Below are positions 45,779-55,705 of a DNA stretch of 64,000 bases, in pieces (position 1 is the stretch's first letter; each line of letters starts with the position of its first letter). The stretch comes from Bdellovibrionales bacterium (lineage in GTDB: Bacteria > Bdellovibrionota > Bdellovibrionia > Bdellovibrionales > UBA1609). A model generated the notes under the pieces. It was not told the DNA's origin and ran no database searches. It saw nothing but the letters and a program-made list of their open reading frames with translations. Both the position numbers and the translations under genes were made by a program. The stretch is from NCBI GenBank assembly GCA_041739415.1, contig JBGSNU010000013.1, positions 2,029 through 66,028 of the forward strand, written 5' to 3'.

Positions 45779-46909
45779 CTAAGCCCAGTTTCTGCCCAAT
45801 AAAAGCAGAGCAGTTAAGGCGCGCTGCCACAGCGGAAGTCGATGCCAGTCATCGGGATGGTACTCAACACAGGCACTTTGGTCTTGTAAATAGTTTTTGA
45901 CGATAAGTTTTTTGTTTTCGGGATGAGTGATCACAACGTCCATCTCAAGGTCGTGTAAAAAGCTTCGGTGGTTGAGGTTCGTGGAGCCGATGCTAATCCA
46001 CTGATCGATGATAAAAAGCTTTTGGTGCGCGAAACGTGGCTGATAGATGAATATTTTAACGCCCTTGTTGGCAAGGGCATAGAGCATAGGCTGGGCGAGC
46101 CAGGTCATAAACCACACATCATTTTTGCGAGGGACGATGAGGCGAACGTCTACTCCTTGCTGGGCTTTTTTGGCCAGATTTCGAAAAATCACCCCGATCG
46201 GTAAAAAATAGGGAGTGGCCAACCACATTCTCTCTTTAGAACGCTTGAGACGTTGGACGATCTCCAGCCGAGCTCTGCGCTTGTGAATGTAAGAGTCATT
46301 TAGCAGCAGCAGCCTTGGACTGCGTCTAGGTAAATTTATTGCGGTCCAACCGCGAATTGCTCGTTCGAAAGCTCGATAAGCGTAACGAGTCGCCTCACCT
46401 TGCACATGCACACCCATGTCCTTCCACGCATCCTTGCCAAAGACTTCCTCAAGGTGCACATCACTCACGTTGAAGCTTCCAACCCACAGGTGCGTTCGAT
46501 CAATAAGACAAAATTTTCTGTGGTTGCCGCGATTCACTTGTTGCCACCGCCGCAGGAGTCGCTGGATTAAGCTCTTTGGATCTCCGGGCAATCGCTCAAT
46601 GATCATCGGACTGACGCGAAAGAACCTGACCGTCACCTTGTGGGCTTGAAGCCGAGGCAAAAAGTCATGTGAGAAGTCAGGAGAGCCCCAACCATCGACG
46701 ACCATGCGGACCTTTACGCCCCGCTGAGCTGCAGCAGTGAGGGCGTCAGCGACACGAGTGGCTGCGAGACCTTTTTCAAAAATATAAGTCTCAAACTCAA
46801 TGGTGTGCCGGGCCAGGGCGATAGCAGTAAGTAGACCTTTAAAGTAGGTGTCTCCAGTGACAAACAATTCTTCTTTGTCCCAAGTCGTGGGTTGCGCCAT
46901 GCAACCCAC
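45779..46909 (-). CDS. phospholipase D-family protein / cardiolipin synthase (ClsB-like, no TM)
   Basis: Two HKD motifs: HRKFCLIDRTHLWVGSFNVSD and HQKLFIIDQWISIGSTNLNHRS. The start is either the GTG at 46909 or the ATG at 46900. Confidence 0.9.
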   Translation of the reverse strand: MGCMAQPTTWDKEELFVTGDTYFKGLLTAIALARHTIEFETYIFEKGLAATRVADALTAAAQRGVKVRMVVDGWGSPDFSHDFLPRLQAHKVTVRFFRVSPMIIERLPGDPKSLIQRLLRRWQQVNRGNHRKFCLIDRTHLWVGSFNVSDVHLEEVFGKDAWKDMGVHVQGEATRYAYRAFERAIRGWTAINLPRRSPRLLLLNDSYIHKRRARLEIVQRLKRSKERMWLATPYFLPIGVIFRNLAKKAQQGVDVRLIVPRKNDVWFMTWLAQPMLYALANKGVKIFIYQPRFAHQKLFIIDQWISIGSTNLNHRSFLHDLEMDVVITHPENKKLIVKNYLQDQSACVEYHPDDWHRLPLWQRALTALLLLGRNWA

Positions 46910-46935
46910 ACTACACTGGTCTAAAGAGCTTGTCT

Positions 46936-47673
46936 CTACACGGCTTTAAGCTGCGGATACTGCTGCATGAAGGTTTTAAAGCCACTGACCAATTCGTTGA
47001 GTTGGCCAGAGCCTTCGTCTAAACTTTTGCGATCAAAGAATAAGGCGCTCACAAGTCGATCACCACTCTCGCTGGTGATCACTTTGTGGGTCACGGCCAT
47101 CATAGGGATGGGATAGGCCGGGGGCTGAGCGCGAAAGGTCACAATGAAGGGGGTTGAGGTGGCCTGACTGACCTCGAGGGTGCTCACACTCTCTTCAAGT
47201 GCATCGATGCTTTCAGCAACCAACAGCGAACTTAACGGGCGACCAATGAAATCCTGTGGCGCACGAAATCCTAACGTCTGAGCCAGCTTAGCATTGGCCT
47301 GGACAACGGCCTTCGTCCCCATGTTGAAGGTCACAAAACCTGCATGATTGTTCGGGACAAATGAGTCCTTGAGCTGCTCCCAATCATCCGCCTTCGCGGG
47401 CTGTGGTGGGGAGGCACCTGCTAGTCCAGTTAAGATATCCAAACAGGCGTCGACGTTAAAAGGCCGTTGCACCTTGTCCAACTTGTAGAAGTTGACCAGC
47501 TTGATCAAAGTGTCGAGGCGCAGATTGATCTTTCCACCCTCAATGTTTTGATAGTGGCGGTAGTCGATGTGCATAGCCTGAGCTGCGGCGACTTGTGAAA
47601 GTCCCATTTTCTTACGGGTGGTCTTCAGTTGCTTTCCGAACTCTTTTAAAAACGCTTCCAATTGTAGTTCCAT
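46936..47673 (-). CDS. XRE-family HTH regulator with C-terminal PAS/GAF-like sensor domain
   Basis: ATG at 47673, 8 nt after AAGGAG. HTH is LKTTRKKMGLSQVAAAQAMHIDYRHYQNIEGG. The C-terminal ~150 aa are sensor-like. Confidence 0.8.
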   Translation of the reverse strand: MELQLEAFLKEFGKQLKTTRKKMGLSQVAAAQAMHIDYRHYQNIEGGKINLRLDTLIKLVNFYKLDKVQRPFNVDACLDILTGLAGASPPQPAKADDWEQLKDSFVPNNHAGFVTFNMGTKAVVQANAKLAQTLGFRAPQDFIGRPLSSLLVAESIDALEESVSTLEVSQATSTPFIVTFRAQPPAYPIPMMAVTHKVITSESGDRLVSALFFDRKSLDEGSGQLNELVSGFKTFMQQYPQLKAV

Positions 47674-47842
47674 ACGGCGAACTCCTTCATTTGTTGAGTC
47701 GACACACGACTCTCGGGTTGATGGGCTGCGGTTTGGTTCTAGCTGCGATCGGCCACTTCGCCATTTTGTGCGGCGGTAGACCATTGCGCGGATAAAACCA
47801 TAGAGAAGCGAACATCCAGTGTTCAAGCTTCCTTAAACTAAG

Positions 47843-47872
47843 TATAATTCTAAAAGACCTGTGATTTCAATA
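47843..47872 (-). promoter_or_regulatory. candidate sigma-70 promoter for the XRE/PAS gene
   Basis: Minus strand reads TTGAAA-18 nt-TATACT inside an AT-rich block. The assignment is by eye only. Confidence 0.3.
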
Positions 47873-48006
47873 TCTTAAATTTCATGATTTCTTAAAATTC
47901 AAAAATACGTAAACGATACCGGTAGGTTAGTGCAACGTTAGGGTGCTGCCGTCCTGCGGTACAATTGCCCAGAAGCTAGCCGTTGGTCGGGTTTTTACAG
48001 CAAAAT

Positions 48007-48966
48007 CTACAGTGAAATGGCCGCGGCTCGTTCAAGACGATCCCAGATCGCCTCCCAGGGGCTCGTACTTGTAGCCTGCTGACGGCGGACATAAATAACG
48101 GCGTTGGGATTCTGGATGCAAAGATCTCGCAGTCTTTGATAGAGCTCTCGTGCCGCCAGTTGCGGTGAACTCGCAAGCTCAAGCTCAACCGCGGCCTCGA
48201 TCTTAGTCTTGAGGGCTGCCTCCACTTGGGTGTGGATGGCGTTATCCCAACCGCCATTTTGCAAAATGATCAGTGGGTTGGTGGGCTGATAATGGGCTTT
48301 GAGGTGCCCAGGAGATGCGACCGAATGCAGTCGCTCCACTTGCACTTCGGGTCGGTCGGCAAATAGTGCGGTCAAACTCTCGCGGCTCACACCGCCTGGA
48401 CGCAAGATCTGAATTCGCCAGCCGTTGCCGGGCTGTGCCTGCGCTGCGATCACTGTGCTTTCTACACCCACCTCACAGTCACCGCCGTCTACGATGGGAA
48501 CTTGCCCTGAGAACTCATCCTCCACATGCTGGGCTCGAGTTGGGCTCACCTGACCAAAGAGATTGGCGGAGGGCGCCGCGAGTGGCACTTGCAGTCGGCG
48601 CAAAACTTCTCGCATCTGTGGGTGCATCGGACAACGAATGGCCACTGTCTCTAGGCCAGAAGTGATCAATGACGAAACATGAGTTTGTTTTTGCGCAATG
48701 AGCGTGAGTGGGCCGGGCCAAAATTTATCAATCAGTGGATCAAAGACTTCTGGCCACTCCGCCCATAATTTTTGAGCTGCCTTACGGTCTGCTACATGGA
48801 CAATCAGCGGATCAAAAAAAGGGCGCTTCTTTACGGCAAAGATTTTTTGCAATGCCGATTCAGAGTCGATTCGACCGGCAAGGCCATAAACGGTTTCGGT
48901 AGGTAGGGCTACAACCTCACCTAGTTCGAGCAACCGTATCGCTTCATTCTCACTGATAAAAGACAT
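48007..48966 (-). CDS. L-threonylcarbamoyladenylate synthase (Sua5/YwlC long form of TsaC)
   Basis: ALPTETVYGLAG, KRPFFDPLIVHV, and SANLFGQVSPT, plus a C-terminal Sua5 domain. I prefer the ATG at 48966. Confidence 0.9.
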   Translation of the reverse strand: MSFISENEAIRLLELGEVVALPTETVYGLAGRIDSESALQKIFAVKKRPFFDPLIVHVADRKAAQKLWAEWPEVFDPLIDKFWPGPLTLIAQKQTHVSSLITSGLETVAIRCPMHPQMREVLRRLQVPLAAPSANLFGQVSPTRAQHVEDEFSGQVPIVDGGDCEVGVESTVIAAQAQPGNGWRIQILRPGGVSRESLTALFADRPEVQVERLHSVASPGHLKAHYQPTNPLIILQNGGWDNAIHTQVEAALKTKIEAAVELELASSPQLAARELYQRLRDLCIQNPNAVIYVRRQQATSTSPWEAIWDRLERAAAISL

Positions 48967-49006
48967 GCGAACGATATAAAGCGAAAAGGGTGTGTTTGTC
49001 CAAGGT

Positions 49007-49678
49007 TCAAAAAGGCCGGGTTCGGATCTGCTCGCGGTAGTGGGCCAGGTACGGCACAAACCACTTATATATCTGTAGATCTTGCTCACGCAAGACGCTA
49101 TTTTTTGCAAAATAGGCGTGCAGACTTTCGACCTCAGCCGGAGTCACCTGAACAAAGCCTTCATGCATCTGCACCGGGAGCCAGCGAGCAAAGCTCTTTG
49201 TTTGGTCAAAGTAGTTCTCTGATAGAATCCTACACTTCTTTTCAAAGGCCTTGCGCGGGAGCCGAAAAGTTTTATCCGAGAAGCAATTGTAGGCCACACT
49301 CCAAACCGGCAGCTTTGGCCGAAACGCTCGATGCACAGCTAGACATACATCTTGATGGTGGGGGTGGCCATACTCCCCCAGCACGCCGTGCGTGAAGATT
49401 TCAGAGGGAGTTTCTTGAGATAACTTTTCGGTGAGCAGCTCCACATCTAGCCGGCTATCGAAGCTATCCGGAAACTCCCAGGTCGCAAAATCCTTCACGT
49501 TCAACATTTTGCAGGTCTCTGAAAACTGCGTGGCTCGAAGTTTACCGTCACCATTTGCATTGCCATCGGTGACACAAATGATTCGCCATGGTCGACGCCG
49601 ATAGACCTGCAATAGGCCGCCGAAGAATATGGTTTCGTCATCAGGGTGTGCGACCACTAAGAGATTGTATTTTTTCAT
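49007..49678 (-). CDS. PIG-L/LmbE family deacetylase
   Basis: LVVAHPDDETIFFGG N-terminal motif and a downstream HPHHQD motif. Confidence 0.85.
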   Translation of the reverse strand: MKKYNLLVVAHPDDETIFFGGLLQVYRRRPWRIICVTDGNANGDGKLRATQFSETCKMLNVKDFATWEFPDSFDSRLDVELLTEKLSQETPSEIFTHGVLGEYGHPHHQDVCLAVHRAFRPKLPVWSVAYNCFSDKTFRLPRKAFEKKCRILSENYFDQTKSFARWLPVQMHEGFVQVTPAEVESLHAYFAKNSVLREQDLQIYKWFVPYLAHYREQIRTRPF

Positions 49679-49711
49679 TATCGGCGTCCTTACTATCTTG
49701 CTACAATTCTA

Positions 49712-50308
49712 ATGATGCAGACTGAAATTGGCAAAGATGAGAGTGATTGGGTGAGTTTGGCCTGGACGTGGGTCAATGACAATGTCGGGCCGGGGTCGAG
49801 CGTCTATGTGCCGGCAGGCAATACACCCCGACCTTTGTATCAGCGCTGGGTGAGTGAACCAACGAAGTTGCTGCAGTCACTAAAATTGCTTCAGATCGAT
49901 GACGTTCTCACTGGACCTAAACAAGGTCTTTTTAGGCAGTTTTTTAAAACTGAATTGCCTTCGTTTGTTGGGCAATTTGAATGGATCGACCAAGCAGATC
50001 AGGTCGCAGACATCGCTATTTTAGGAGTCGGGTTGAATGGCCATGTAGCCTTTCATGAACCTGGAGTGGATCGCCAGTTTTTCTCCGGCTGCATTCCCCT
50101 ATCTAACCAGACTCGTGTGTCGTTGAAATTGGAAGAAGAGACCTGGGGAGTGACCTATGGGGTGGCCGCATTTCTTCGCTGCAAAAAAATCTTGGTGTTG
50201 GCGCGTGGGCCAGAGAAGAAGGCCATTCTCAGTCGAGCCAAGACAGATCAAAGCTTACCCATCGCTTGGATCTTGCAGCATCCCGAGGTCACAGTCATCA
50301 CTGACTAA
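49712..50308 (+). CDS. glucosamine-6-phosphate deaminase / 6-phosphogluconolactonase family protein (short)
   Basis: ILGVGLNGHVAFHEPG motif. At 198 aa it is shorter than canonical NagB. Confidence 0.75.
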   Translation: MMQTEIGKDESDWVSLAWTWVNDNVGPGSSVYVPAGNTPRPLYQRWVSEPTKLLQSLKLLQIDDVLTGPKQGLFRQFFKTELPSFVGQFEWIDQADQVADIAILGVGLNGHVAFHEPGVDRQFFSGCIPLSNQTRVSLKLEEETWGVTYGVAAFLRCKKILVLARGPEKKAILSRAKTDQSLPIAWILQHPEVTVITD

Positions 50309-50313
50309 GGCAT

Positions 50314-50346
50314 AAAAAAAGGGGCATCGCGCCCCTTTTCAAAAAA
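50314..50346. terminator. bidirectional rho-independent terminator
   Basis: AAAAGGGGC-atcgc-GCCCCTTTT is flanked by an A-run and a T-run, between the convergent genes ending at 50308 (+) and 50367 (-). Confidence 0.85.
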
Positions 50347-50366
50347 TCAAATAAATAATTTAAGTA

Positions 50367-50687
50367 CTAGTAGCGGTCGCCGCCTCTGAACCCACCTCGG
50401 GATCCACCTCGACCTCCGCCGCCGCCACCCTCACGGGGAGCTTGGGGGCGAGCCTCAGATACTGTGAGATTGCGCCCTCCCATCGGCAGACCATTGAGCT
50501 TCTCAATGGCATCGCTTGCCTCATCGTCCGAGGCCATCTCTACAAATCCGAAGCCCTTGCTTCGGCCCGTGTCGCGATCGGTGATCACGCGCGCCGACTC
50601 TACTTTGCCGACGGCCGAGAACTGGCTTTCCAGTTGCGCATCGTCCACTCCATAAGGGAGGTTGCCGACATATAGTTTCTTACCCAT
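50367..50687 (-). CDS. RRM-type RNA-binding protein with Gly/Arg-rich tail
   Basis: RNP-2 LYVGNL, RNP-1 KGFGFVEM, and a C-terminal GGGGGRGGSRGGFRGG tail. Confidence 0.93.
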   Translation of the reverse strand: MGKKLYVGNLPYGVDDAQLESQFSAVGKVESARVITDRDTGRSKGFGFVEMASDDEASDAIEKLNGLPMGGRNLTVSEARPQAPREGGGGGGRGGSRGGFRGGDRY

Positions 50688-50701
50688 AGAACTCTCTCCT
50701 T

Positions 50702-50721
50702 CTGATGTCTCGTGACATCAG
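50702..50721 (-). promoter_or_regulatory. 5-prime UTR hairpin of the RRM gene
   Basis: Perfect palindrome CTGATGTC-tcgt-GACATCAG, 15-34 nt upstream of the start codon and just upstream of the GGAGAG RBS at 50693..50698. Confidence 0.4.
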
Positions 50722-50926
50722 CTCTTCTGCCTGGCCAATCGAAGCAGAGACAAACTCGTAGGGCACCATGCACTTCGCTTCCCTGTTCGACCAAAGCCAA
50801 GATCAATGAGGGTAGTTTATCGCACACGGTGCAAGAGGCACAATAGTTTCTATGAAACGAGCCCTGAATCCAGTTCAGCTTCAGGCGCCTCGCGGTAAAA
50901 TGAATTCATGTCGAATATAGAGCGTT

Positions 50927-52810
50927 TTAGTCGTCGGTTCGACGCACAATGCTCCGCTGATTGATTTTTAAGACTTTCTTACGCATGCGGATGTTTTTAG
51001 GCGTGACCTCAATCCATTCGTCTTGCTCAAGCCACTCGATGCAACGCTCTAAGGTCATCTCGCGAATACCTTTGAGAGCTTGATAATGGTCTGACCCTGA
51101 GGCGCGAACGTTGGTGAGCTTCTTCTCTCGGCAAGCGTTCACATTGAGATCATTTTCTTTGTTAAACTCACCGATAATCATGCCTTCGTAAACTTCAACA
51201 CCCGGGCTAATAAACATCACGCCACGATCATCTAAATTCAAAAGAGCGTACTCGACTGCTGTGCCATCACGATCTGAGATCAGTGCACCATTCAAGCGAT
51301 GCAACATTTCACCTTTCCATTCGGTGTAGCCCACCATCTGCGAGCTGAACAGACCTTCTCCCTTAGTCGCTGTAAGATATTTGGTACGCATCCCGAGCAA
51401 TCCGCGAGTGGGAACATCAAACTCAAGTCGAACTCGATTTTGACTGCCGTTAGGGCCAGAGTGAATGCCAACGGCTTCGTAGGACTGCAGTAGCCCTTTT
51501 CGCTCTTGAAACATTCGAGTCACATCACTGGCAAATTCTTCGGGAAGATCAAGTGTTGCTCGCTCGAGCGGCTCCATCTTTTGCCCATTCTCTGTTTTCA
51601 AAAGAACTTCAGGTCGGCCAACCATAAACTCCATATTCTCTCGGCGCATTTGCTCGATCAGAATTGCAAACTGCAGTTCGCCCCGACCCAAGATACGGAA
51701 CTGATCCATGGCGCCAGTCTCTTCAAAGCGAACGGCGACGTTGTGTCGAACTTCACGCAGGAGACGCTCGCGCAACTTTCGCGATTGCACAGCCTCGCCA
51801 TCGCGACCTGAAAACGGTGAGGTGTTGACTGAGAAGATCATCCCCAGAGTGGGCACGTTCACTTCAATACGCGGCATGCGAGGAGTGTTCTCTTCACCGC
51901 CTACCGTGTCGCCGATTTGAAACTCTTCGCAGCCACCGATAACGCCTACGTCGCCGGCCTCAAGAACTTTCACTTCAGTTTGAGCCAAGCCAGAGTATCG
52001 AAACAGTTTGGTCACGGTAAACGCTTGATTGAGGGGCTCGCCTTTATCATTCACTCCCAAGCGGTAGGCTTTTTGCCCCACTTGCAGCGAGCCTGACATA
52101 ATTCTTCCGATGGCCAATCGACCCACAAAGTCAGACCAGCCGAGGTTTGCAACACAGAGTTGAAAGGGCTGCGATTCGATGACTTCAGGCGGAGTGATGT
52201 TGGCAACCACGAGGTCAAACAGCGGCTGCAGTGAGCCTTTCATTTCACCCGAGATCAGTTTGGGAACATCGGTTTCTACGGTCGTGCACCAGCCTTGCCG
52301 CGCACAGGCGTAAACAATTGGAAAGTCCGCCTGTTGCTCGCTGGCACCCAAGTCAATAAAGAGGTCAAATGCTTGATTCACCACCTCTTTGGTGCGAACG
52401 CCATCACTGCACTCAGGTCGGTCGACTTTGTTGATGCATAAAATAATGCGATGGCCTCGCTCCAGGGCCTTCTTTAAAACGAAGCGAGTCTGTGGCAGCG
52501 GGCCTTCAGCGGCATCTACCAGGAGTACAGCTCCATCTACCATTCCAAGGATCCGTTCGACTTCTCCGCCAAAATCCGAGTGCCCGGGGGTATCGACGAT
52601 ATTGATGCGAGTGTCTTTGTAGTGGATCGCGGCATTTTTGGCCTGGATGGTGATTCCACGTTCTCGTTCGAGATCCATGGAATCCATCACTCGGTCTTCG
52701 AGCTGCGCGCGCTCTGAGAAGGTACCGCTTTGGCGGAGGAGATGATCGACCAGTGTGGTTTTGCCGTGATCGACGTGGGCAATGATACAGATATTTCGAA
52801 TGTTTTGCAT
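50927..52810 (-). CDS. typA: translational GTPase TypA/BipA
   Basis: [22 protein letters not shown], and NKVD, with EF-G-like domains. 627 aa. Confidence 0.95.
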   Translation of the reverse strand: MQNIRNICIIAHVDHGKTTLVDHLLRQSGTFSERAQLEDRVMDSMDLERERGITIQAKNAAIHYKDTRINIVDTPGHSDFGGEVERILGMVDGAVLLVDAAEGPLPQTRFVLKKALERGHRIILCINKVDRPECSDGVRTKEVVNQAFDLFIDLGASEQQADFPIVYACARQGWCTTVETDVPKLISGEMKGSLQPLFDLVVANITPPEVIESQPFQLCVANLGWSDFVGRLAIGRIMSGSLQVGQKAYRLGVNDKGEPLNQAFTVTKLFRYSGLAQTEVKVLEAGDVGVIGGCEEFQIGDTVGGEENTPRMPRIEVNVPTLGMIFSVNTSPFSGRDGEAVQSRKLRERLLREVRHNVAVRFEETGAMDQFRILGRGELQFAILIEQMRRENMEFMVGRPEVLLKTENGQKMEPLERATLDLPEEFASDVTRMFQERKGLLQSYEAVGIHSGPNGSQNRVRLEFDVPTRGLLGMRTKYLTATKGEGLFSSQMVGYTEWKGEMLHRLNGALISDRDGTAVEYALLNLDDRGVMFISPGVEVYEGMIIGEFNKENDLNVNACREKKLTNVRASGSDHYQALKGIREMTLERCIEWLEQDEWIEVTPKNIRMRKKVLKINQRSIVRRTDD

Positions 52811-52915
52811 GTGGGCCTTCGACAGTTTTTGCGGGCAAGGGTGATTAATAGGTTATTTCTGATCGATTTACTTTCAAAGGTCAATTTCTTAGGATGGAAT
52901 TGAACAGGGGGCACG

Positions 52916-53668
52916 GTGCTTTTTGGAAGTGAGTCAATCTCGGCGTACAATCGGGGCAATGTCTCGATCTGGATGATTCTGGCTTTTCAGGCCGGGTTGT
53001 TAAATGTGGGTGGGCTTTTGGCCTGCCACAGCTTTGTTTCGCACGTGACAGGATACGCCACGCTCTTTGCGGTCGAGGCGGACTTAGGCAGCTTTCGCCA
53101 AGCTGTGGGGTTGCTGCTCGTCCCCATTTTTTTTCTGGCTGGGGCCATGTTGAGTGGTTTTTTGGTCGATCTGCAGCTCAAACTTCACCGTCAACCTCGG
53201 TATTACATCGTTTTTGGGGCGCTCTTCCTCTTACTGTTGTTGGTCGTGACGGGCGGGTTCAATGGCGTCTTTGGCAAATTTGGTGAGCCCCTGCTTATGC
53301 CGCGCGACTATGCCCTGTTGGCGCTCTTGTGTCTGATTTGCGGGGCCCAGAATGGGTTGATCACTTTGGTGTCAAAAAACGTGGTGCGCACAACCCATCT
53401 GACTGGGGTTACCACGGATTTAGGGATAGGTATTGTGCGGAGCCTGAACAAGGGGCGGCTGTTTGGCAAAGTCGATGACGAGGGCCGTGCCAACCTCATG
53501 CGGTTTGGGATTATTGTGTCTTTCACTCTGGGCTCGATGAGTGGCGTGCGGTTGTTTTCGGTTTACGAGTTTCGCGGGTTTTTGTTTCCCATGGCGATCT
53601 CTGGTGGACTGTTCTTTCTCGCCGCGTACTTTCAGCTTTGGCACAAAGTAAAATCTGCACCTCTCTAG
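52916..53668 (+). CDS. DUF1275 (YoaK-like) membrane protein
   Basis: Six TM segments, with SHVTG and THLTGVTTDLG motifs typical of the family. GTG start. Confidence 0.8.
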   Translation: MLFGSESISAYNRGNVSIWMILAFQAGLLNVGGLLACHSFVSHVTGYATLFAVEADLGSFRQAVGLLLVPIFFLAGAMLSGFLVDLQLKLHRQPRYYIVFGALFLLLLLVVTGGFNGVFGKFGEPLLMPRDYALLALLCLICGAQNGLITLVSKNVVRTTHLTGVTTDLGIGIVRSLNKGRLFGKVDDEGRANLMRFGIIVSFTLGSMSGVRLFSVYEFRGFLFPMAISGGLFFLAAYFQLWHKVKSAPL

Positions 53669-54726
53669 TTGGCCATTGTGTCTTCTAGCCATCTAGCTAC
53701 AGCTTGGTCGGCCCATCGCACTTCATCGTACTGGGTGCCCCATCCTAAAAAGCCAACATGTCCGCCATGCTCAGTTAAGATCACATCCAGATTTGAATTG
53801 GCCGGTGCATGCACGAGCGAATGGCTGTCAACAACGGGATCGTCGGCGGCAGACAAAATAAGAGATGGGATCTTAATTTCTGGAAGGTAATGAATCGAGC
53901 TGGCCCTTCGGTAATAATCGTTGGCGTCTTTAAAACCTCCGCGTGGAGCTATGTAGAGCGTATTGAACTCGTGGACACTTAGATGCGCGGGTGGAACAAA
54001 AGAATTTGAGTCGGGAAAAAGCTCCTGCATCTTTTGGATATCTTTGACCATGCCCTTTAAAAACAGCTGAGCAAAAAAGCGATTTTCTTTTGAATCCATG
54101 CGCTGTGCACTTAGAGCTAGGTCGAGCGGAGGTGAGACGGCGACCACACTGTCTAGATTGCCAGTTGGCTGTGAACCGTCTTCACCGGCCATTTTTAAAG
54201 TGATATTGCCACCCAGTGAGAACCCCATCTGCGTGACGGGCGACTGAGGATGCATGATCTTCAGCCAACGGAGTACGGCGCGAGTGTCCTCACTTAAACC
54301 GGCATGATAAGGGTTGCGCGCCAGTCCTAAGCCGGGGCCGCAAAAGCGCAAATTCATCCGAATGACCATATAGCCATTTTTGCACATGCGCCGACACATG
54401 CGCTGCATGTAAGTCGATTGGTAAGAGCCCGTAAGGCCATGCACCAAAAGCAAAATCCGATCGCCCTCGCGCCAGTTCTCTGGCCGGTTCTCTGCCAGCA
54501 CCACGATGTCACCGTCGGGTAGGGGCAGATGATGATAACTGTCAGGCTTAGAAGCTTTGAGTATAGGCCAGCGAGATCCATACACGGTCTGCCAAAACCC
54601 GGATCGCGCAAACGGAAACGGATTAAACTTATTGAGTTTAAGTTTGGTCAACACCCGTTCAACGCGATCTTCAATACCCAAGCTGAGCCTCACTCTAAAA
54701 TCGGCAGAATTGAAAATATTGTGCAA
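53665..54726 (-). CDS. alpha/beta hydrolase (YheT-like)
   Basis: LLVHGLTGS, nucleophile elbow GFSLGGN, and C-terminal HGGHVGF. 353 aa. Confidence 0.85.
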   Translation of the reverse strand: MHNIFNSADFRVRLSLGIEDRVERVLTKLKLNKFNPFPFARSGFWQTVYGSRWPILKASKPDSYHHLPLPDGDIVVLAENRPENWREGDRILLLVHGLTGSYQSTYMQRMCRRMCKNGYMVIRMNLRFCGPGLGLARNPYHAGLSEDTRAVLRWLKIMHPQSPVTQMGFSLGGNITLKMAGEDGSQPTGNLDSVVAVSPPLDLALSAQRMDSKENRFFAQLFLKGMVKDIQKMQELFPDSNSFVPPAHLSVHEFNTLYIAPRGGFKDANDYYRRASSIHYLPEIKIPSLILSAADDPVVDSHSLVHAPANSNLDVILTEHGGHVGFLGWGTQYDEVRWADQAVARWLEDTMAN

Positions 54727-54820
54727 AAATCTGCGGTGTCGCCGTTGAGGGATTATAACCGAACCTCAGTTGATTCACTAAAAAATAATGCAAAGGCGAG
54801 GTGCCGTTTTTTGGCCTTCG

Positions 54821-55705
54821 CTAGACTGCAACCTGGCTGTAGCTGGCGCTCATTTCGGTGACTTGAAATTTGCCACTCTCTATCTTTTTTATATGTCCGC
54901 CTGAAATTGTCGGGTCATGTGTGAAGAAAAGCAGCCAGTTTTCACGGATGGCTCGGTCATAAAGATTCAGCTTCTCATCGATCAAGAGCTCAGGATTGCG
55001 ATCATAGCCCATGGTGACTGGCGCATGTACCCAGGGACCTCCGGGAATGAGATCGCCGCAAAAGAACACCGTTTGATGCTCGCCATGAAACAGGGTGTGA
55101 AGTTGCCCGGGAGTGTGACCTGATGTTGTGAGAAATTCAAAACGCGAACCCAGCTCGGCGATTGAAGTCTTGTCTCTTGGAACGATGAGCAGCCGGCCGG
55201 ATTGAATCAGCAAATCAGTTAGGCCGGGGATAAAGGAGGCGCGATCACGGGGGTGGGGGTTGAGTGCCCGGTCCCAGGCCTCGGCCCCAACGACGAAGGT
55301 GGCTTTTGGAAAGATCAGATCTTTTTGCCCGGCTTGGGATTCAGTGAAAGTGGGTAGGAGTCCGCCGGCATGATCAAAGTGCAAGTGCGATAGAATGACA
55401 AAGTCGATACTGGCAAGCTCGTGGCCCGCGGCCAGGAGGTTGTCTCGGAGCAAATGGGTGGTTGGGGACTGCACGCCAAAGCGGTCGGCCATTTTTGGAT
55501 CAAAGAAAGCGCCGATGCCCGTTTCACAAAGAATCTTTTTGCCGCCAACTTCGAGCAGTAAGCATCGACACGCCAATGGGATCCGCCCCAGGTTATCAGG
55601 TGAAATCCATTTCTCCCAGACAGGTCGTGGCACATTGCCAAACATAGCGCCTCCGTCCAAAAGCTGCCGATTGCTTTCGATAGAAGATAGGCGCGCTCCG
55701 ATCAC
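54821..55705 (-). CDS. MBL-fold metallo-hydrolase
   Basis: LSHLHFDHAGG metal-binding motif with later His/Asp ligands. Confidence 0.88.
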   Translation of the reverse strand: MIGARLSSIESNRQLLDGGAMFGNVPRPVWEKWISPDNLGRIPLACRCLLLEVGGKKILCETGIGAFFDPKMADRFGVQSPTTHLLRDNLLAAGHELASIDFVILSHLHFDHAGGLLPTFTESQAGQKDLIFPKATFVVGAEAWDRALNPHPRDRASFIPGLTDLLIQSGRLLIVPRDKTSIAELGSRFEFLTTSGHTPGQLHTLFHGEHQTVFFCGDLIPGGPWVHAPVTMGYDRNPELLIDEKLNLYDRAIRENWLLFFTHDPTISGGHIKKIESGKFQVTEMSASYSQVAV

